Below, one piece after another: positions 21,152 to 31,319 of a stretch of DNA of 64,000 nt. Under the pieces are notes generated by a model that worked only from the letters and a program-made list of their open reading frames with translations, was not told the origin of the DNA and ran no database searches. The number at the start of each line of letters is the position of its first letter. The stretch's first letter is position 1. Both the position numbers and the translations under genes were made by a program. Source of the stretch: Nannocystales bacterium. GTDB lineage: Bacteria > Myxococcota_A > Polyangia > Nannocystales > Nannocystaceae. Location: assembly GCA_050633305.1 (NCBI GenBank), contig JBOEGF010000018.1, forward strand, positions 288,001 through 352,000, given 5' to 3'.

Positions 21152-22123
21152 ATGACCCGCGCGTGGATGGTTCTGGGATTGATCGCTGCTGGGTGTTCGA
21201 CGGACGGCCCCGAATCATCCTCGAACGTCGTGGATCCTGCGACGGAGTCCAGCGACGACACGACGGGGGACGCCCAGACATCGATGAGCACGAGCGGTTC
21301 GTCCATGTCCTCCGACGAGGCCTCCTCGGCCGATGGCAGCACGTCCGAAGACGGGGAGTCTTCGAGTTCCTCTTCGGAGGACCCCGGTCCGATAAACCTC
21401 ACTCCTGGGTGTGGAGAGCCGATGTCGACGGACGTCCTCGATGGCGTGATTCGTATTCGTGGCGAGGAGCGGACCTATCTGATCGAGGTGCCGCGCGGGT
21501 ACGACCCCGACACGCCGTACCCGATCGTGTTCGGCTTTCATGGCGACGGTGGGGACAGCTCGAACGCGCGCAATGGGTACCGGTTGTCGGAGTTCTACGG
21601 AGGCCAGGCGATCGTCGTGTATCCGGACGGGTCGGGGGCGGGTGGGGCTCCGGCATGGGACACGGCAGCCGATGGCGCCGATGTGGAGATGGTCATGGCG
21701 ATCGCGCAAGAGATCGGAGTCCAGATGTGCTTCGACCTCGATCGGGTGCACGCGTTCGGCTACTCGCGGGGCGCTGCGATGTCCCACGCGGTTGGGTGTT
21801 ATCGGGGGGACTTCTTCACGGGCATTGGCGCGTCCTCCGGGTTCGCGCCATCCACGGGGTTGTGCCAGGCTCCGATCGCAGTGTTCATGTCCCATGGCAC
21901 CGCGGACGACCGCATTCCGTTCAACTCCGGTGTCTCGGCTCGCGACGGATGGACCTCGTACAACGGCTGTTCCGAGGACACGGCACCACTGCGTCCAGCC
22001 GGGTGCGTGAGCTACGAGGGTTGTGAAGCTGGCGCCCCAGTGCAGTGGTGCACGTTCGAGGGCGGCCACACCTTCGACAGCGATTATGCTGAAGCCGCGG
22101 TCCGGATGTTCCAGAGCCTATGA
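21152..22123 (+). CDS. Secreted alpha/beta-hydrolase esterase (PHB depolymerase / feruloyl esterase-like) lipoprotein
   Basis: Lipobox AAGC, PIVFGFHG, GYSRG nucleophile elbow, HGTADD, GGH. Confidence 0.8.
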   Translation: MTRAWMVLGLIAAGCSTDGPESSSNVVDPATESSDDTTGDAQTSMSTSGSSMSSDEASSADGSTSEDGESSSSSSEDPGPINLTPGCGEPMSTDVLDGVIRIRGEERTYLIEVPRGYDPDTPYPIVFGFHGDGGDSSNARNGYRLSEFYGGQAIVVYPDGSGAGGAPAWDTAADGADVEMVMAIAQEIGVQMCFDLDRVHAFGYSRGAAMSHAVGCYRGDFFTGIGASSGFAPSTGLCQAPIAVFMSHGTADDRIPFNSGVSARDGWTSYNGCSEDTAPLRPAGCVSYEGCEAGAPVQWCTFEGGHTFDSDYAEAAVRMFQSL

Positions 22124-23226
22124 CTCGTGGGCCGACAACGCCGAGAGTCAGGGGGTGGGCGACCGTGCTGCTGCTGAGCGCATGCACGACGCCGTCTCCC
22201 CCACTCGATCCGGTGGAGGCTCGGGCACCGTCGAAGGTGGACTCGGCGGCGCCGCCAAAGCTTCCACCGGGGTGGCTCAAGGGGCAGCTCCACCTTCACT
22301 CGGATGCCTCTGGCGACAGCGAGACGCCAGCGGCCGATGTCGTTCGTTGGTATCGGGACCACGCGTATGACTTCATCGTATTCACCGACCACAACCGCGT
22401 GACCGAAGCTCCGTCTCCGTCAGGCATGCTGGTTCTTCCCGGGGTCGAGCTGACACAGAATCTCGAGCGCTGCTCACCTCCACCACAGGCCGGTCATCAG
22501 TGCCTTCTCCACGTCAATGCGCTCGTGGTGGACCCGACGCAGGTGAAGCAAGCTGCGACGCTCGACGTCCCCCACTCCGACGAGCGTGTCGAAATCTTTG
22601 CCCATGGACTTCACCTTGCCGAGTCGCTTGGGGGGCTGGCGCAACTCAACCATCCAAACTTCCACTACGCGGCCAACGCCCAGCAGCTGTCCGCGCTCGT
22701 CGACCGCGGTTTGACGCTCTTCGAGGTCGCGAACGAAGCCTGGGACTCCAACAACGAGGGCGACTCGACCCACCCGTCGACGGAGGCGTTGTGGGATTCA
22801 GTCTTGAGCGGTGGCCGGCGCCTGTACGGCACTGCGACGGACGATGCGCACCACTACTACGACGCCGCTGCGCGTGACGAAGCGGGGGAGCCGGTGTTCA
22901 CGGGTGATGTCGGGTTTGTTGTGGTGCGGGCCGAACGAACACCGCACGCGATTCGTGATGCGCTTCGAGCGGGCGAGTTCTACGCGAGCACGGGCGTGTT
23001 CCTCGAGGATGTGTCGTTTGACGGGGGAGTGCTCGAAGTTCGGGGGACAGACTCGCTCTCTATCGCGTTCATCGCAGACGGCGGCGAACGGGTTCAGACG
23101 GTTCCCGGTCCCCACGCTCGCTACGACACCCGAGGCAAGGGGCACTCGTACATCCGCGCGGTGGTCACCGACCAGGACGGTCGCCGAGCATGGGTTCAGC
23201 CGGTGTTCCTGACAAACCCCGCGTGA
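22120..23226 (+). CDS. PHP-domain metallohydrolase lipoprotein (CehA/McbA-like)
   Basis: WLKGQLHLHS, FTDHN, LNHP, TDDAH motifs. Confidence 0.85.
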   Translation: MTRGPTTPRVRGWATVLLLSACTTPSPPLDPVEARAPSKVDSAAPPKLPPGWLKGQLHLHSDASGDSETPAADVVRWYRDHAYDFIVFTDHNRVTEAPSPSGMLVLPGVELTQNLERCSPPPQAGHQCLLHVNALVVDPTQVKQAATLDVPHSDERVEIFAHGLHLAESLGGLAQLNHPNFHYAANAQQLSALVDRGLTLFEVANEAWDSNNEGDSTHPSTEALWDSVLSGGRRLYGTATDDAHHYYDAAARDEAGEPVFTGDVGFVVVRAERTPHAIRDALRAGEFYASTGVFLEDVSFDGGVLEVRGTDSLSIAFIADGGERVQTVPGPHARYDTRGKGHSYIRAVVTDQDGRRAWVQPVFLTNPA

Positions 23227-23274
23227 GGCCCCTATGGATACCGTCGCGTCGGGAGTCCCGCCGGACTCAGGACG

Positions 23275-24351
23275 CTAGCTCGAGCGCAGTGATGTCCCCG
23301 ACTCAGCGTCGAAGAGGTGAAATCGGGTGACGCGAAGGGGGACGACGTCGCCCGCCTGCGGGCCGCGGCTTCCCTCGAAGGCGGCGATGAACGGGGCCTC
23401 GCCTGCCGTCCCATGGACATGGATGTGAGAGCCGAGGGTCTCGACGAAACGGACCGAGACGTGGAGGTCCGCCTCGGCCTCCGAGCAGCGCTCCAGATCC
23501 TGGGCCCGAATCCCGACGTCCACCGCTCGTCCTTCGGTCAAGCCCTCGAACTCGGTCTCACCCTCGAGTGTGATGCACGAACGAGCGTCGTCGAACTGCA
23601 GGGATGCGCCCTGAATCGTCGCCGGGACCATGTTCATGGCGGGGGAGCCGAGGAACTCTGCAACGAACCGATTCTTGGGTCGCTCGTAGACTTCGAGCGG
23701 CGGTCCGGATTGCTGGACATGTCCGCCTTCGAGAACGAACAGGATGTCCGCCAACGTCATGGCCTCCACCTGATCGTGGGTCACGTAGACACTGGTGGCG
23801 TCGTGGGCGTCGTGCAGGCGGCGAATGTCGACCCGGACCTGGGTCCGCAGCGCCGGGTCGAGGTTGGAGAGCGGTTCATCGAACATGAACAACGCGGGGC
23901 GGCGGACGATGGCGCGCCCCATGGCGACACGTTGTCGCTGCCCCCCCGAGAGCTGCCGTGGGAATCGGCTCAGCAGGTGATCAATGTCGAGGGTCTTGGC
24001 GACCTCTCGCACCCGGGCCTCGATCGTCGCCGCGTCCGTCTTTCGAAGCTGGAGACCGAACGCCATGTTGTCTCGCACGGTCATGTGCGGGTACAGAGCG
24101 TACGACTGGAACACCATCGCGATGTCTCGGTCGCGGGGCGGAAGGGACGTGACATCTTGCTCGCCAAACAGGATACGTCCGGCGGTCACCTGCTCGAGTC
24201 CAGCGATGAGTCGAAGCAGCGTGGACTTTCCACAGCCTGACGGGCCAACCAGCACCGCGAACGCGCCTTGAGGGATCTCGGCGTCGATGCCGTGAAGGAC
24301 GGTCGTTTCGCCGAACTGCTTGGTGACCGACTGAACGTGGACGGCGGTCAT
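23275..24351 (-). CDS. malK: Sugar ABC transporter ATP-binding subunit (MalK/UgpC type)
   Basis: GPSGCGKST, VFQSYALYPH, LSGGQRQR, DEPLSNLD, YVTHDQVEA, C-terminal TOBE-like region. Confidence 0.93.
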   Translation of the reverse strand: MTAVHVQSVTKQFGETTVLHGIDAEIPQGAFAVLVGPSGCGKSTLLRLIAGLEQVTAGRILFGEQDVTSLPPRDRDIAMVFQSYALYPHMTVRDNMAFGLQLRKTDAATIEARVREVAKTLDIDHLLSRFPRQLSGGQRQRVAMGRAIVRRPALFMFDEPLSNLDPALRTQVRVDIRRLHDAHDATSVYVTHDQVEAMTLADILFVLEGGHVQQSGPPLEVYERPKNRFVAEFLGSPAMNMVPATIQGASLQFDDARSCITLEGETEFEGLTEGRAVDVGIRAQDLERCSEAEADLHVSVRFVETLGSHIHVHGTAGEAPFIAAFEGSRGPQAGDVVPLRVTRFHLFDAESGTSLRSS

Positions 24352-24352
24352 C

Positions 24353-26218
24353 TCAAATCTCGGGCTTGTACTCGGCTGCCGGGATGTAAATGGCGCGCCC
24401 GATCGGCGGGACGGTGACCTCCAGCGTGCCGTCCCCGCTGACCACGACCCGTTCTCCGGTCAGCGCATCGACGAGCTCGGTCCCGGCCGGAGCGAGGACG
24501 GCCATCGCCTCATCGCCGTTGCGTGTGACGCTGTCGTGCCCCTGGTGGGTGTTGAAGACGACCAAGGCGTAGCTCCCCCCTGCATCCCCTCCGGCCCGTT
24601 CGAACGCGAGGATCCCGGCATCGGGCTCGTCACCGGTGTTGGGTGTCGAGTACGCGACCTGAAGGCCACCACGCCGCAAGGAGGGGTATGCACCTCGGAT
24701 CGCGATGAGCCGTTGCGTCCACAAGAAGGTCTCGCCAGCCGTGTCGAAGCCCGTGTCCCACATGCGCTCGCGGTTGGCAGGGTCGTTGCCCCCGCTGAGC
24801 TCTTGCTCCGTCCCGTAGTAGATGCACGGGATGCCCTGCGCGGTCATCAGGAAGGCGAGCGCGTTGTGCAGCAGGGCGCGCCGTTCCTCCTCGGGACGCT
24901 CCTGCAGCCAAAACAGGAAGCGGGCGACGTCGTGGTTGTCGAGGAAGTTGATCGGCACCTCGGAGGGAATGAGGCCGGTGCCGTCGGCCATTGCTTCTGT
25001 GCCCCAGGTCGTGGAGCGCTGCTCCCAAAGGGAGCGGATCTGATCGGTGGGACCGGCGTCCTGAAAGACTCCGCGGACCGCCTGGAAGTGCTGCGAGAAG
25101 TAGAACGCGCTGTCGAGCTGGTCTCCGGTGATGGGTTGACCGTCGGGGACACACGACTGCTCGCGCTGCAGCGTCGTTTCGTCCGGGAGGTCCTTCTTGG
25201 TGAAGCTTCCGATCAGAGCATCATTGCCGTCAAAGATCTCACCGAACATGAGGAAGTTCGTCTTTCCCTGCGCGGCCAGCCGCGTACGGACACGTTGCGT
25301 GAAGTAGCGCCAGAACTCCCCCTCAACGTGTTTGATGGTGTCGATGCGAAAACCATCGGCGTTGGTCTTCTCGATCCAGCTCGCGTACACATCGACGAAG
25401 GTTTCCTTGACGTCGCAGCGCGTTGTGTCGATGTCCTTCAGCCCGCCGGGAAAGTCTCCGTGTAGGAGCTGGTCCGGGTCGTCGAAGTTCACCGTGCGGC
25501 CCTTGCGATTGTAGACCGCTGGGTCGCGGAAGATCGCTGGCTCGGGCGGGACGTGGTTCGTTGCGGGGTCGTACTGGAACACCACCGGGGCCGGGCCAGC
25601 CTCCCCCAGCGAGGTGAACGCTTGGATCCCGCGAGGATCGAAGTCGGGGTCGTACTCCGTGTAGTGGCGGAACTCTCCGGCGCCGTTGCTGCCCTGCAAC
25701 GTGATGTCGGGGACGCCGTTGAGGTTCATGTCGTAGTAGAAGGCTTGCCCAACGTGGTTGGTGACGATGTCGATCACCACCTTCATGTTTCGTTGGTGTG
25801 CGGCATCGACGAGGGAACGTAGGGCGACCAGGTCCCCGAAGTGGGGGTTGGTCGCCTCGAAGTCCTGCGTCCAGTACCCGTGGTAGCCGTCGAAGTTGGC
25901 GTCGGTATCGACGTTCTTCACAACGGGCGAGATCCACACGGTCGTGACGCCGAGCTCGTCGAGGTAGCCCAGTCGGTTCTCGAGACCCTTCCAGTCTCCG
26001 CCTTGGTATCGCGCGAGGTCGTCGCCGCGGACCCCTTGGTCGTTGCCGGGGTCGCCGTTGTCGAAGCGATCGATGAGGACCTGGTAGATGACTTCGTTGC
26101 GCCAGTCATCGACTTCGGTGCTGAGTTCGATAGGGCCGTCCAGACCACCAAAGTCCATGCAGCCGCCGCCGAGGGTGACGGCGCCGAGCAGGGCGAGCGC
26201 AGATGCAATGCGATTCAT
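24353..26218 (-). CDS. GH13 alpha-amylase-family lipoprotein
   Basis: YQVLIDRF, GGDWKG, YHGYW, DIVTNH, GFRIDTIKH, GEIFDG, FLDNHD, GIPCIYYG. Confidence 0.93.
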   Translation of the reverse strand: MNRIASALALLGAVTLGGGCMDFGGLDGPIELSTEVDDWRNEVIYQVLIDRFDNGDPGNDQGVRGDDLARYQGGDWKGLENRLGYLDELGVTTVWISPVVKNVDTDANFDGYHGYWTQDFEATNPHFGDLVALRSLVDAAHQRNMKVVIDIVTNHVGQAFYYDMNLNGVPDITLQGSNGAGEFRHYTEYDPDFDPRGIQAFTSLGEAGPAPVVFQYDPATNHVPPEPAIFRDPAVYNRKGRTVNFDDPDQLLHGDFPGGLKDIDTTRCDVKETFVDVYASWIEKTNADGFRIDTIKHVEGEFWRYFTQRVRTRLAAQGKTNFLMFGEIFDGNDALIGSFTKKDLPDETTLQREQSCVPDGQPITGDQLDSAFYFSQHFQAVRGVFQDAGPTDQIRSLWEQRSTTWGTEAMADGTGLIPSEVPINFLDNHDVARFLFWLQERPEEERRALLHNALAFLMTAQGIPCIYYGTEQELSGGNDPANRERMWDTGFDTAGETFLWTQRLIAIRGAYPSLRRGGLQVAYSTPNTGDEPDAGILAFERAGGDAGGSYALVVFNTHQGHDSVTRNGDEAMAVLAPAGTELVDALTGERVVVSGDGTLEVTVPPIGRAIYIPAAEYKPEI

Positions 26219-26245
26219 CTTCTTGTTCCGTGGAGGAGTGGAGGC

Positions 26246-27967
26246 CTAGTCGCGGAAGTAGCTGGTGGAACCGAACCACCACTCGGCGTTGAGTCCGATA
26301 TAGTGATCGACGGGGCGCAAGCCGAACACGTCGTCGCGGGGGTAGAGCCGGCGAGCGCCTGCGTCGCGAATCGAGGCGAGGTAGACCAGCCTCAGGTGCG
26401 GGCGCTGATAGTTGCCGCGGCCGCCCGGGGAGAGGAATGGCATCACGCCGATGCGGCCCATCTGTCCGAACTGAGGTTGCGGGTCCTCTTCTTGGTTCAC
26501 CAGGATGCCGCGCCGTTGCGCTTGATACGAACCCTCCAAGGAGAGGCCGCCCCCACCTTTTCCGAACCAGTACGTGGGGCGCGCGATCACGATGCCTTCG
26601 CCGAGGTCGGCGGTATCGAGGCCTGGGCTGGCGTTACGGAACAACCGCCAGTAGCTGCCCAGCAGAATGCCGAAAGGACCCTTTTCGTAGTTGCCGCTGA
26701 CCGCGGCGAGGACCTCTCGTGCCCCTTTCGAGGTGCGGTCGGGGCCGAGCTGGGTCGGCGTTCCCCATTCGCCGTACGCGGCGAGGCCTCCGGCGTAGCG
26801 GAAGACGAGGTTCAGGTGGGTGGAGCGTTTCCCGGTGAACAGTCCGATCTGCGTTCCGACGAGGAACCCAGTGTCTAGCGGTAGGTCCTCGAACTGCCGG
26901 ACATCGGTCTCTTGTTGCGCCTCGGAGGTGTAGTGGACCTCGCCGTAGAGCACCGGCTTGACGCCGCCGGTTTTTCCGACGGGGAAGATGTTGCTGACGC
27001 GGGCGCTGCTGATGAACTTCTGGCGGTTGGTGATCGCGACTTGTGCCTCGCCGATACGGCCCAGGGGAAGCGGCCGCGCCGCGGTCTGATAGAAGAACGG
27101 ACTGTCGGGCTGATTGATCCCGGTGTGAAGCCGGATCGTGAGGTCGTCCAGGAACGTGTAGGAAAGCCCGCCGCCGACGGTGTTGAGGTTGTCGAGCGGC
27201 CAGAAGTCGAGCAGGTAGATGTCGTTGCCCCGGTACATCCGGGAGCCGATCCACACTCGAAGTCGGTCGCTTCCAAGGCCACTCTCCTCGACGTAGAGGT
27301 TGCGAATGCCGAGGTTCGCGTCGAAGTTCCCGGTCGTGTGGAACAAGGGAGAGCCCACCGCGAGTGTGCTGACGATCCGGGTATACGCGCCCGTCTTCTC
27401 CCAGTAGTCCTCGCGCCGCAGCTCGAGCTCCAGGTAGCTGGACTCGTCGAGCCGAGAACCTCGGGCAACGATGTCTCCGTCCCGGCCCGGTCGTCCCTTG
27501 GCATCCGTCCCCAGCGCGACGCGGCCGTAGGATCCAAAGTGGAAACCGTCGGCGAAGTTTGGCGGGGTGTTGTGAGCGGCATCCCCATCCGCGCCCGCGA
27601 GACTCGGAGCGGGGGGAGGCTCCTCCGCAGCGGGGGACGGGGTAACGGGGGGCGGCGGCGTTGGAGCCGGGGGGGCCGGATCCGCCTTGGGTTGGGAGGC
27701 CAGCATCTCGATCTTCTGCTCGAGTTCGTCGACGCGGCGCTGCAGCGCCTCGACCTCCGCGTTGTCGACCGTGGGCTGGGGTTCAGGCTGGGATGGCGGC
27801 TCGGGAGGATCCGTGGCGGGCTCGGCCGACGCGTTCACGGGAAGCAGCAGGGCGGCTAGGACGGCTAGGGGAGCAAGCCGTCGCACGATGGGAGGTCGGA
27901 GGCCAGACACGACGAATGGGACGGAGGATACCGAAACGGTCCGGGGTGCGGTGGGTCTCGCTGGCAT
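26246..27967 (-). CDS. Carbohydrate porin (LamB/maltoporin-like) with N-terminal coiled coil
   Basis: FHFGSYGR, SRLDESSYLEL, GSRMYRGNDIYLLDFW, terminal AEWWF. Sits upstream of the amylase and MalK genes. Alternative start GTG 27886. Confidence 0.8.
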   Translation of the reverse strand: MPARPTAPRTVSVSSVPFVVSGLRPPIVRRLAPLAVLAALLLPVNASAEPATDPPEPPSQPEPQPTVDNAEVEALQRRVDELEQKIEMLASQPKADPAPPAPTPPPPVTPSPAAEEPPPAPSLAGADGDAAHNTPPNFADGFHFGSYGRVALGTDAKGRPGRDGDIVARGSRLDESSYLELELRREDYWEKTGAYTRIVSTLAVGSPLFHTTGNFDANLGIRNLYVEESGLGSDRLRVWIGSRMYRGNDIYLLDFWPLDNLNTVGGGLSYTFLDDLTIRLHTGINQPDSPFFYQTAARPLPLGRIGEAQVAITNRQKFISSARVSNIFPVGKTGGVKPVLYGEVHYTSEAQQETDVRQFEDLPLDTGFLVGTQIGLFTGKRSTHLNLVFRYAGGLAAYGEWGTPTQLGPDRTSKGAREVLAAVSGNYEKGPFGILLGSYWRLFRNASPGLDTADLGEGIVIARPTYWFGKGGGGLSLEGSYQAQRRGILVNQEEDPQPQFGQMGRIGVMPFLSPGGRGNYQRPHLRLVYLASIRDAGARRLYPRDDVFGLRPVDHYIGLNAEWWFGSTSYFRD

Positions 27968-28066
27968 AAACGAACGAATCCGCCGAGGCGGCGTCTACGG
28001 TGGCTCCGCAGGCGGCGTGCGCCATCTTGGCGGCGCGCACAGAGCAAGAAGGGGTAGGGTGCAGTC

Positions 28067-28564
28067 GTGCTGGATGGGAGTGATCCGGAACATGCGGTCC
28101 GTCGTCCCACCGCTCGTGTTCTCCTTGTGGACACGTCGGACCGTGTTTTGTTGATGGAAGGCACCACGGACTGGGCGCCGGGCGTTTGGTTCACGCCCGG
28201 GGGTGGGGTGGAGTCGGGAGAGTCCTTGGAGGCGGCGGGGATCCGGGAGCTTTGGGAAGAGACATCCTGGACCGCCACGGCGCTGGGACCGGCCGTGTGG
28301 TCACGCTCCCATGTTTGGCAGGGTCCCGGTGGGCGCTGGTACCGCTCGCTCGAGACGTTCTTCTGGCTCCGTGTCCCTCCTTTCGAGCCCCGATTTGCGC
28401 GGGTGAGCGCGCAAGAGGCTGCGACCCTGGGCCGGATGCGCTGGTGGAACCCGGAGGAACTGGCGACAGGCGAACACACGTTTGCCCCGCGTCGGTTGGC
28501 CGAACTCCTGGAACCCTTGAGGCGGGGGGTGTTCCCTGCGACGCCGTTGGACGTCGGGATCTAG
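28067..28564 (+). CDS. NUDIX hydrolase
   Basis: Nudix box GGVESGESLEAAGIRELWEET. Confidence 0.9.
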   Translation: MLDGSDPEHAVRRPTARVLLVDTSDRVLLMEGTTDWAPGVWFTPGGGVESGESLEAAGIRELWEETSWTATALGPAVWSRSHVWQGPGGRWYRSLETFFWLRVPPFEPRFARVSAQEAATLGRMRWWNPEELATGEHTFAPRRLAELLEPLRRGVFPATPLDVGI

Positions 28565-28633
28565 GGTCGCGGAGGGTCGACGCGCGGGCTGTTGCTGTGG
28601 CGTCGCGCCCGGTAGGGTTGCGCCACCTGATTC

Positions 28634-30274
28634 GTGAAGCTCCGCCCCTATCAGCGAGAGGCCATCGAGGCGGTGCTCGACGCACGTCGCCGAGGGATCC
28701 GGCGCATGCTCTTGGCGCTGCCCACCGGGGCTGGCAAGACCATCATCTTCTCCGAGTTGATCCGGCGCGCGAAGCACCCGGTGTTGGTGCTCGCGCACCG
28801 AGATGAGTTGCTCGCACAGGCTCGCTCCAAGATCGAGGCCGCGTTGCGTCGCAACGCGAACGACAAGCGTACGGTCTCCCTGGAACGGGGCCTCCGCCGT
28901 GCATCTCGCGACGCTGGGGTTGTGGTCGCCTCGATTCGCTCGCTGCACGAAGGACGCATCGGCCCCGCGTTGGCGGGACGGGACCTTCGACTGGTCATCT
29001 ATGACGAGTGCCATCATGCCGTGGCGGACTCGAATCGTCGTGTCCTCGAGCAGATCGGGGTGTTTTCGCCTGACTGGCCCGGGACTCTGGTCGGCTTCAC
29101 CGCGACGACGCGCCGGGCCGACGGACGTGGTCTCGGAGAGGTCTTCGAAGAGATCGTCTATGAACGTTCGCTCCGCGAGATGATCGACGACGGCTACTTG
29201 CGTCCACTTCGAGGACTCCGGTTCTCGACCGCGGCGGACCTCTCTTCTGTGACCGTGCGTGGGGAGGACTACGACGAAGATGAACTGGAGGAAGCGGTCG
29301 ACGTGGAGAGCCGCAACTTGCTGGTGGCACGGGCAATTCAAGAATGCACGCGAGATCGCCGGACGATCGCATTCTGTGTCACGGTCCGGCACGCCGAGAA
29401 CCTGGCTCGTTCGCTGCGTGAGCTAGGAGTTCCTGCGGCAATGGTTTGTGGAGAGATGCCCAAACCCGATCGCAGCCGAACACTGCAGCGCTTCGCAGAA
29501 GGGGCGCTACGGGTCATCACGAACGTGGGGGTGCTGACCGAAGGGTTCGACGACCCTGGGGTCTCCGCGGTGGCCATGGTTCGCCCAACCCGGTCGGTCT
29601 CGATGTACCTCCAGTGTGTCGGACGAGGCATGCGGCTCTCGCCGGACTCCGAAGACTGTTTGGTGCTCGACTTCGTCGACCTCTCGGCCCTCGACGTGGT
29701 CACCACCGCGACGCTCGACGCCTCGTCTCGCTCCGGCGAGCCGCAAGAGGAAGGGCAGCCCGAGGACGACGACGAGTCCCCACCGCGCGAAGAGCCTCTC
29801 ACGCTGCCCTTCGATGAGCCGGGAGACGAAGCGCCGGCGACCCTGGCCGAGATCCAGGAACGCCTCGCTCAGTTTGACCCGCTCACGATGGACCAGCGCG
29901 AGGAGACGGCAGCGATCTCCATCAACGCCTGGCTGTCGCTGGGGTCCCAAGGAATGATGCTGCACTTCCAGTCGCACGACGGGGAGCTGCGGTTCTTCGC
30001 CCTCAAGCCGCAGGGACGACAAGGTGCGACGGTCTGGCTCGGCGACCGTCGCCTGGGCAGGTTCTCGACGATGGCTGAGGCGGTTCAGGCGGTCGATGAG
30101 GAGCTGCCGAAGTATGGGCCGCCCCAGAGTGCTGACCCCGCTGCGGCGTGGCGGCTGGAACCGCTCCCCGACCCGCTGCGCTGCGCGGTCGATGCGTTGC
30201 GGCCCCCACGGCACGCACCCGACGTCGGAACGGCCCTGGCCCACCTCGCGCTGGCGCAGGCGCTCGAGAACTGA
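28634..30274 (+). CDS. SF2 DEAD/DEAH-box helicase (ResIII / Irc3-like)
   Basis: LRPYQ, PTGAGKT, DECHH, TAT, LTEGFD, QCVGRGMR. Confidence 0.93.
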   Translation: MKLRPYQREAIEAVLDARRRGIRRMLLALPTGAGKTIIFSELIRRAKHPVLVLAHRDELLAQARSKIEAALRRNANDKRTVSLERGLRRASRDAGVVVASIRSLHEGRIGPALAGRDLRLVIYDECHHAVADSNRRVLEQIGVFSPDWPGTLVGFTATTRRADGRGLGEVFEEIVYERSLREMIDDGYLRPLRGLRFSTAADLSSVTVRGEDYDEDELEEAVDVESRNLLVARAIQECTRDRRTIAFCVTVRHAENLARSLRELGVPAAMVCGEMPKPDRSRTLQRFAEGALRVITNVGVLTEGFDDPGVSAVAMVRPTRSVSMYLQCVGRGMRLSPDSEDCLVLDFVDLSALDVVTTATLDASSRSGEPQEEGQPEDDDESPPREEPLTLPFDEPGDEAPATLAEIQERLAQFDPLTMDQREETAAISINAWLSLGSQGMMLHFQSHDGELRFFALKPQGRQGATVWLGDRRLGRFSTMAEAVQAVDEELPKYGPPQSADPAAAWRLEPLPDPLRCAVDALRPPRHAPDVGTALAHLALAQALEN

Positions 30275-30294
30275 GAGAGCGGAAGCCCTGTCCG

Positions 30295-31284
30295 CTACCT
30301 TGGCTGCGCGCAGGCGCTCGCGTGTTCAATGTCGACGGTGAGGGGTGCCATCAAGTCAACGAAGTTGTCCGCGCCGATGTACAGGGTGCTGTCCCAATCG
30401 CTGATGTCGGCCTCGACGTCGAAGAACGGGACCAGGGTGTCCTCCGACTCCCCCCGTTCGAAGATGATTCGGCCCTCCGCCTCACGCAGTCCAACCCAAG
30501 GGGTGTCGAACTTGTCGAACGGCACGGTGGTCAGATCTGTGAACCCCCCCGCGTGCCAGGACCGAGCATGAACTTGCTCGGCAGCCTCATCCACGACGAT
30601 GTCGTAGGAGTCGACGCCGCCTTCGCGGGTCAGAGAGATGATCGCTTGGAGACCGCTGGCGCTGGGGACGTCGTACAGGGCGACGTGGAACCATCCTCCC
30701 TGGAATCGAACTGGCGTCGGGCGGCGAATCCAGGTCGGCTGGTCTCCCGCCTCCATCGTCGGCCTGAGTTCGACGATGCCTCCGGACAGCTCGACCGTGC
30801 CTGGACCCTCGGTCTCCCAGTCGGGCCACAGCTCCTTGTCGTCAAACCCGTCCATGGGCAAGACTTCGCATTCCGGCGTCGGTCCGGTGGTGCTGCTTTC
30901 TGCGGGGTCGCCGGTTTCGCTCGACGACGCAGAGGACGAGGACGCGCCCGTTTCTGACGTCGCGTCCGTGGAAAGCGTCGTCGCTGTGGACGCGGTGGAG
31001 GTCGTCGTACCGGTCGCGGCTGCGCTGGTGTCCGTGTCGTCTGGCCCGCCCTGAGGAACGCACATGTTTGCGAACCCGCCGCCGGCCAGCTCTCCATAGC
31101 GGGCTCCGCTCTCGCACATGGCGTCTGGAAACGCGCAGAAACCGTTGCTTTGGCAGGTTCCGACCCCTTCTCCGGTGCAGTCGGTGTCGGCGGCGCACGT
31201 AAAAACACCGCTCGACGACGTGCAGGCGGCCAGTGCGGGGGCGAGCCCGCCCAACAGTCCGAGTCGGAGGACCCACCTGCGCAT
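30295..31284 (-). CDS. Hypothetical lipoprotein with Cys-rich N-terminal module and beta-rich C-terminal domain
   Basis: Lipobox LAAC, six further Cys in about 50 aa, Ser/Thr linker. Confidence 0.7.
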   Translation of the reverse strand: MRRWVLRLGLLGGLAPALAACTSSSGVFTCAADTDCTGEGVGTCQSNGFCAFPDAMCESGARYGELAGGGFANMCVPQGGPDDTDTSAAATGTTTSTASTATTLSTDATSETGASSSSASSSETGDPAESSTTGPTPECEVLPMDGFDDKELWPDWETEGPGTVELSGGIVELRPTMEAGDQPTWIRRPTPVRFQGGWFHVALYDVPSASGLQAIISLTREGGVDSYDIVVDEAAEQVHARSWHAGGFTDLTTVPFDKFDTPWVGLREAEGRIIFERGESEDTLVPFFDVEADISDWDSTLYIGADNFVDLMAPLTVDIEHASACAQPR

Positions 31285-31319
31285 CGGCGAATCCTATCAC
31301 GCTGCGTATACTGAGCGCC

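Noticed and set aside
28634..30274. Helicase as part of a restriction or anti-phage system
   Set aside because: No methylase, nuclease or other defence gene is adjacent, and composition matches the rest of the window.
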